A DNA stretch of 64,000 nucleotides, taken from positions 105,070-169,069 of the IMG/VR virus record IMGVR_UViG_3300043449_000492. One strand, given 5' to 3'. The notes beneath the pieces are model-generated. The model worked only from the letters and a program-made list of their open reading frames with translations. It searched no databases and was not told where the DNA came from. Every line of letters starts with the position of its first letter. The first letter of the stretch is position 1. The position numbers and the translations under genes are program-made. Source of the DNA: a virus. This document shows, piece after piece, positions 63,550 through 64,000 of this stretch.

Positions 63550-64000
63550 ATGGCAACGATCATCATTCACGGAACACCAAAGAAGATTACAAGACAGCAG
63601 CTAAGAGAAGCTGCTGTTTTTTTCTCTGACATTCTTCTAAAGAGACTAAGTAAGAATGTTACCGTTGTGTTCAAGCTTAAGAACAATCTATACAAAAGGA
63701 CTAGATGCTTTGGTTTTGCGACGTGGACTGATGAGGAAGCTAGAAGTGACAGGCACCGTGAGTTTGAGATTGAACTGGAATCCAACATGGGTCCTGTGTT
63801 CATGTATAGAACGATTGCACACGAACTGGTCCATGTTAAACAGTATGCTCGGGCCGAACTTGTTCACCCTCGTCACTATGGTAATTACCAAAAGTGGAAT
63901 GGGTTCATGTTTAACGAGCATCTTGTAGGTTACAAGGATCTACCCTGGGAGCAAGAGGCTCATAAGCTTGAACTAGAACTATATCAAATGTGGAAAGACA
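63550..64000 (+). CDS. HExxH zinc metallopeptidase-like protein (runs off window)
   Basis: own translation: TIAHELVHVKQY...LPWEQEA. Confidence 0.75.
   Translation, partial: MATIIIHGTPKKITRQQLREAAVFFSDILLKRLSKNVTVVFKLKNNLYKRTRCFGFATWTDEEARSDRHREFEIELESNMGPVFMYRTIAHELVHVKQYARAELVHPRHYGNYQKWNGFMFNEHLVGYKDLPWEQEAHKLELELYQMWKD

Noticed and set aside
669-63928. Short antisense and alternate-frame ORFs within long genes
   Set aside because: Expected shadows of well-supported + strand genes.
1-64000. Stop-codon recoding or suppressor tRNA
   Set aside because: Core genes are full length in the standard code, TAG/TGA/TAA all end genes, and no CTA/TCA/TTA anticodon tRNA was found.
1-64000. CRISPR array
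   Set aside because: No regularly spaced direct repeats seen; the EEQIDE repeats are coding and irregularly spaced.

Overview
64 kb of a large T4-like (Tevenvirinae-like) myophage genome, mostly + strand, standard genetic code. It carries the T4 replication core (44, 62, regA, 43, uvsX, 40, 41, 61), dut, thyX, class II nrdJ, a 14-gene sugar-modification cluster, auxiliary genes (acyl-CoA dehydrogenase, Hsp20, Bfd, Dps, SpeD), several peptidoglycan enzymes and lysis genes, and 25 tRNAs covering all 20 amino acids. The tRNA-His lacks G-1 and has G1-U72/A73, which points to an alphaproteobacterial (Rhizobiales/Caulobacterales-type) host. Two candidate undescribed systems stand out. (1) The tRNA array is interleaved with many structured non-tRNA RNAs, including a 57-nt anticodon-less RNA with alanine identity (G3-U70, A73, CCA), a 92-nt RNA with only an acceptor stem, and a V-arm tRNA with a UAU anticodon. 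(2) A late locus (44.8-54.4 kb) encodes proteins with T4-type capsid-targeting N-termini and repeated EEQIDE-like linkers. These look like prohead-protease-processed polyproteins delivering a ligase-superfamily enzyme, a nucleotidyltransferase, an HExxH protein, a kinase and many basic peptides. ROSE-like thermometers, an R-M-like cassette splitting 44/62 and secreted cell-wall enzymes are also noted. All calls come from motif reading and hand pairing; no searches or folding programs were run.
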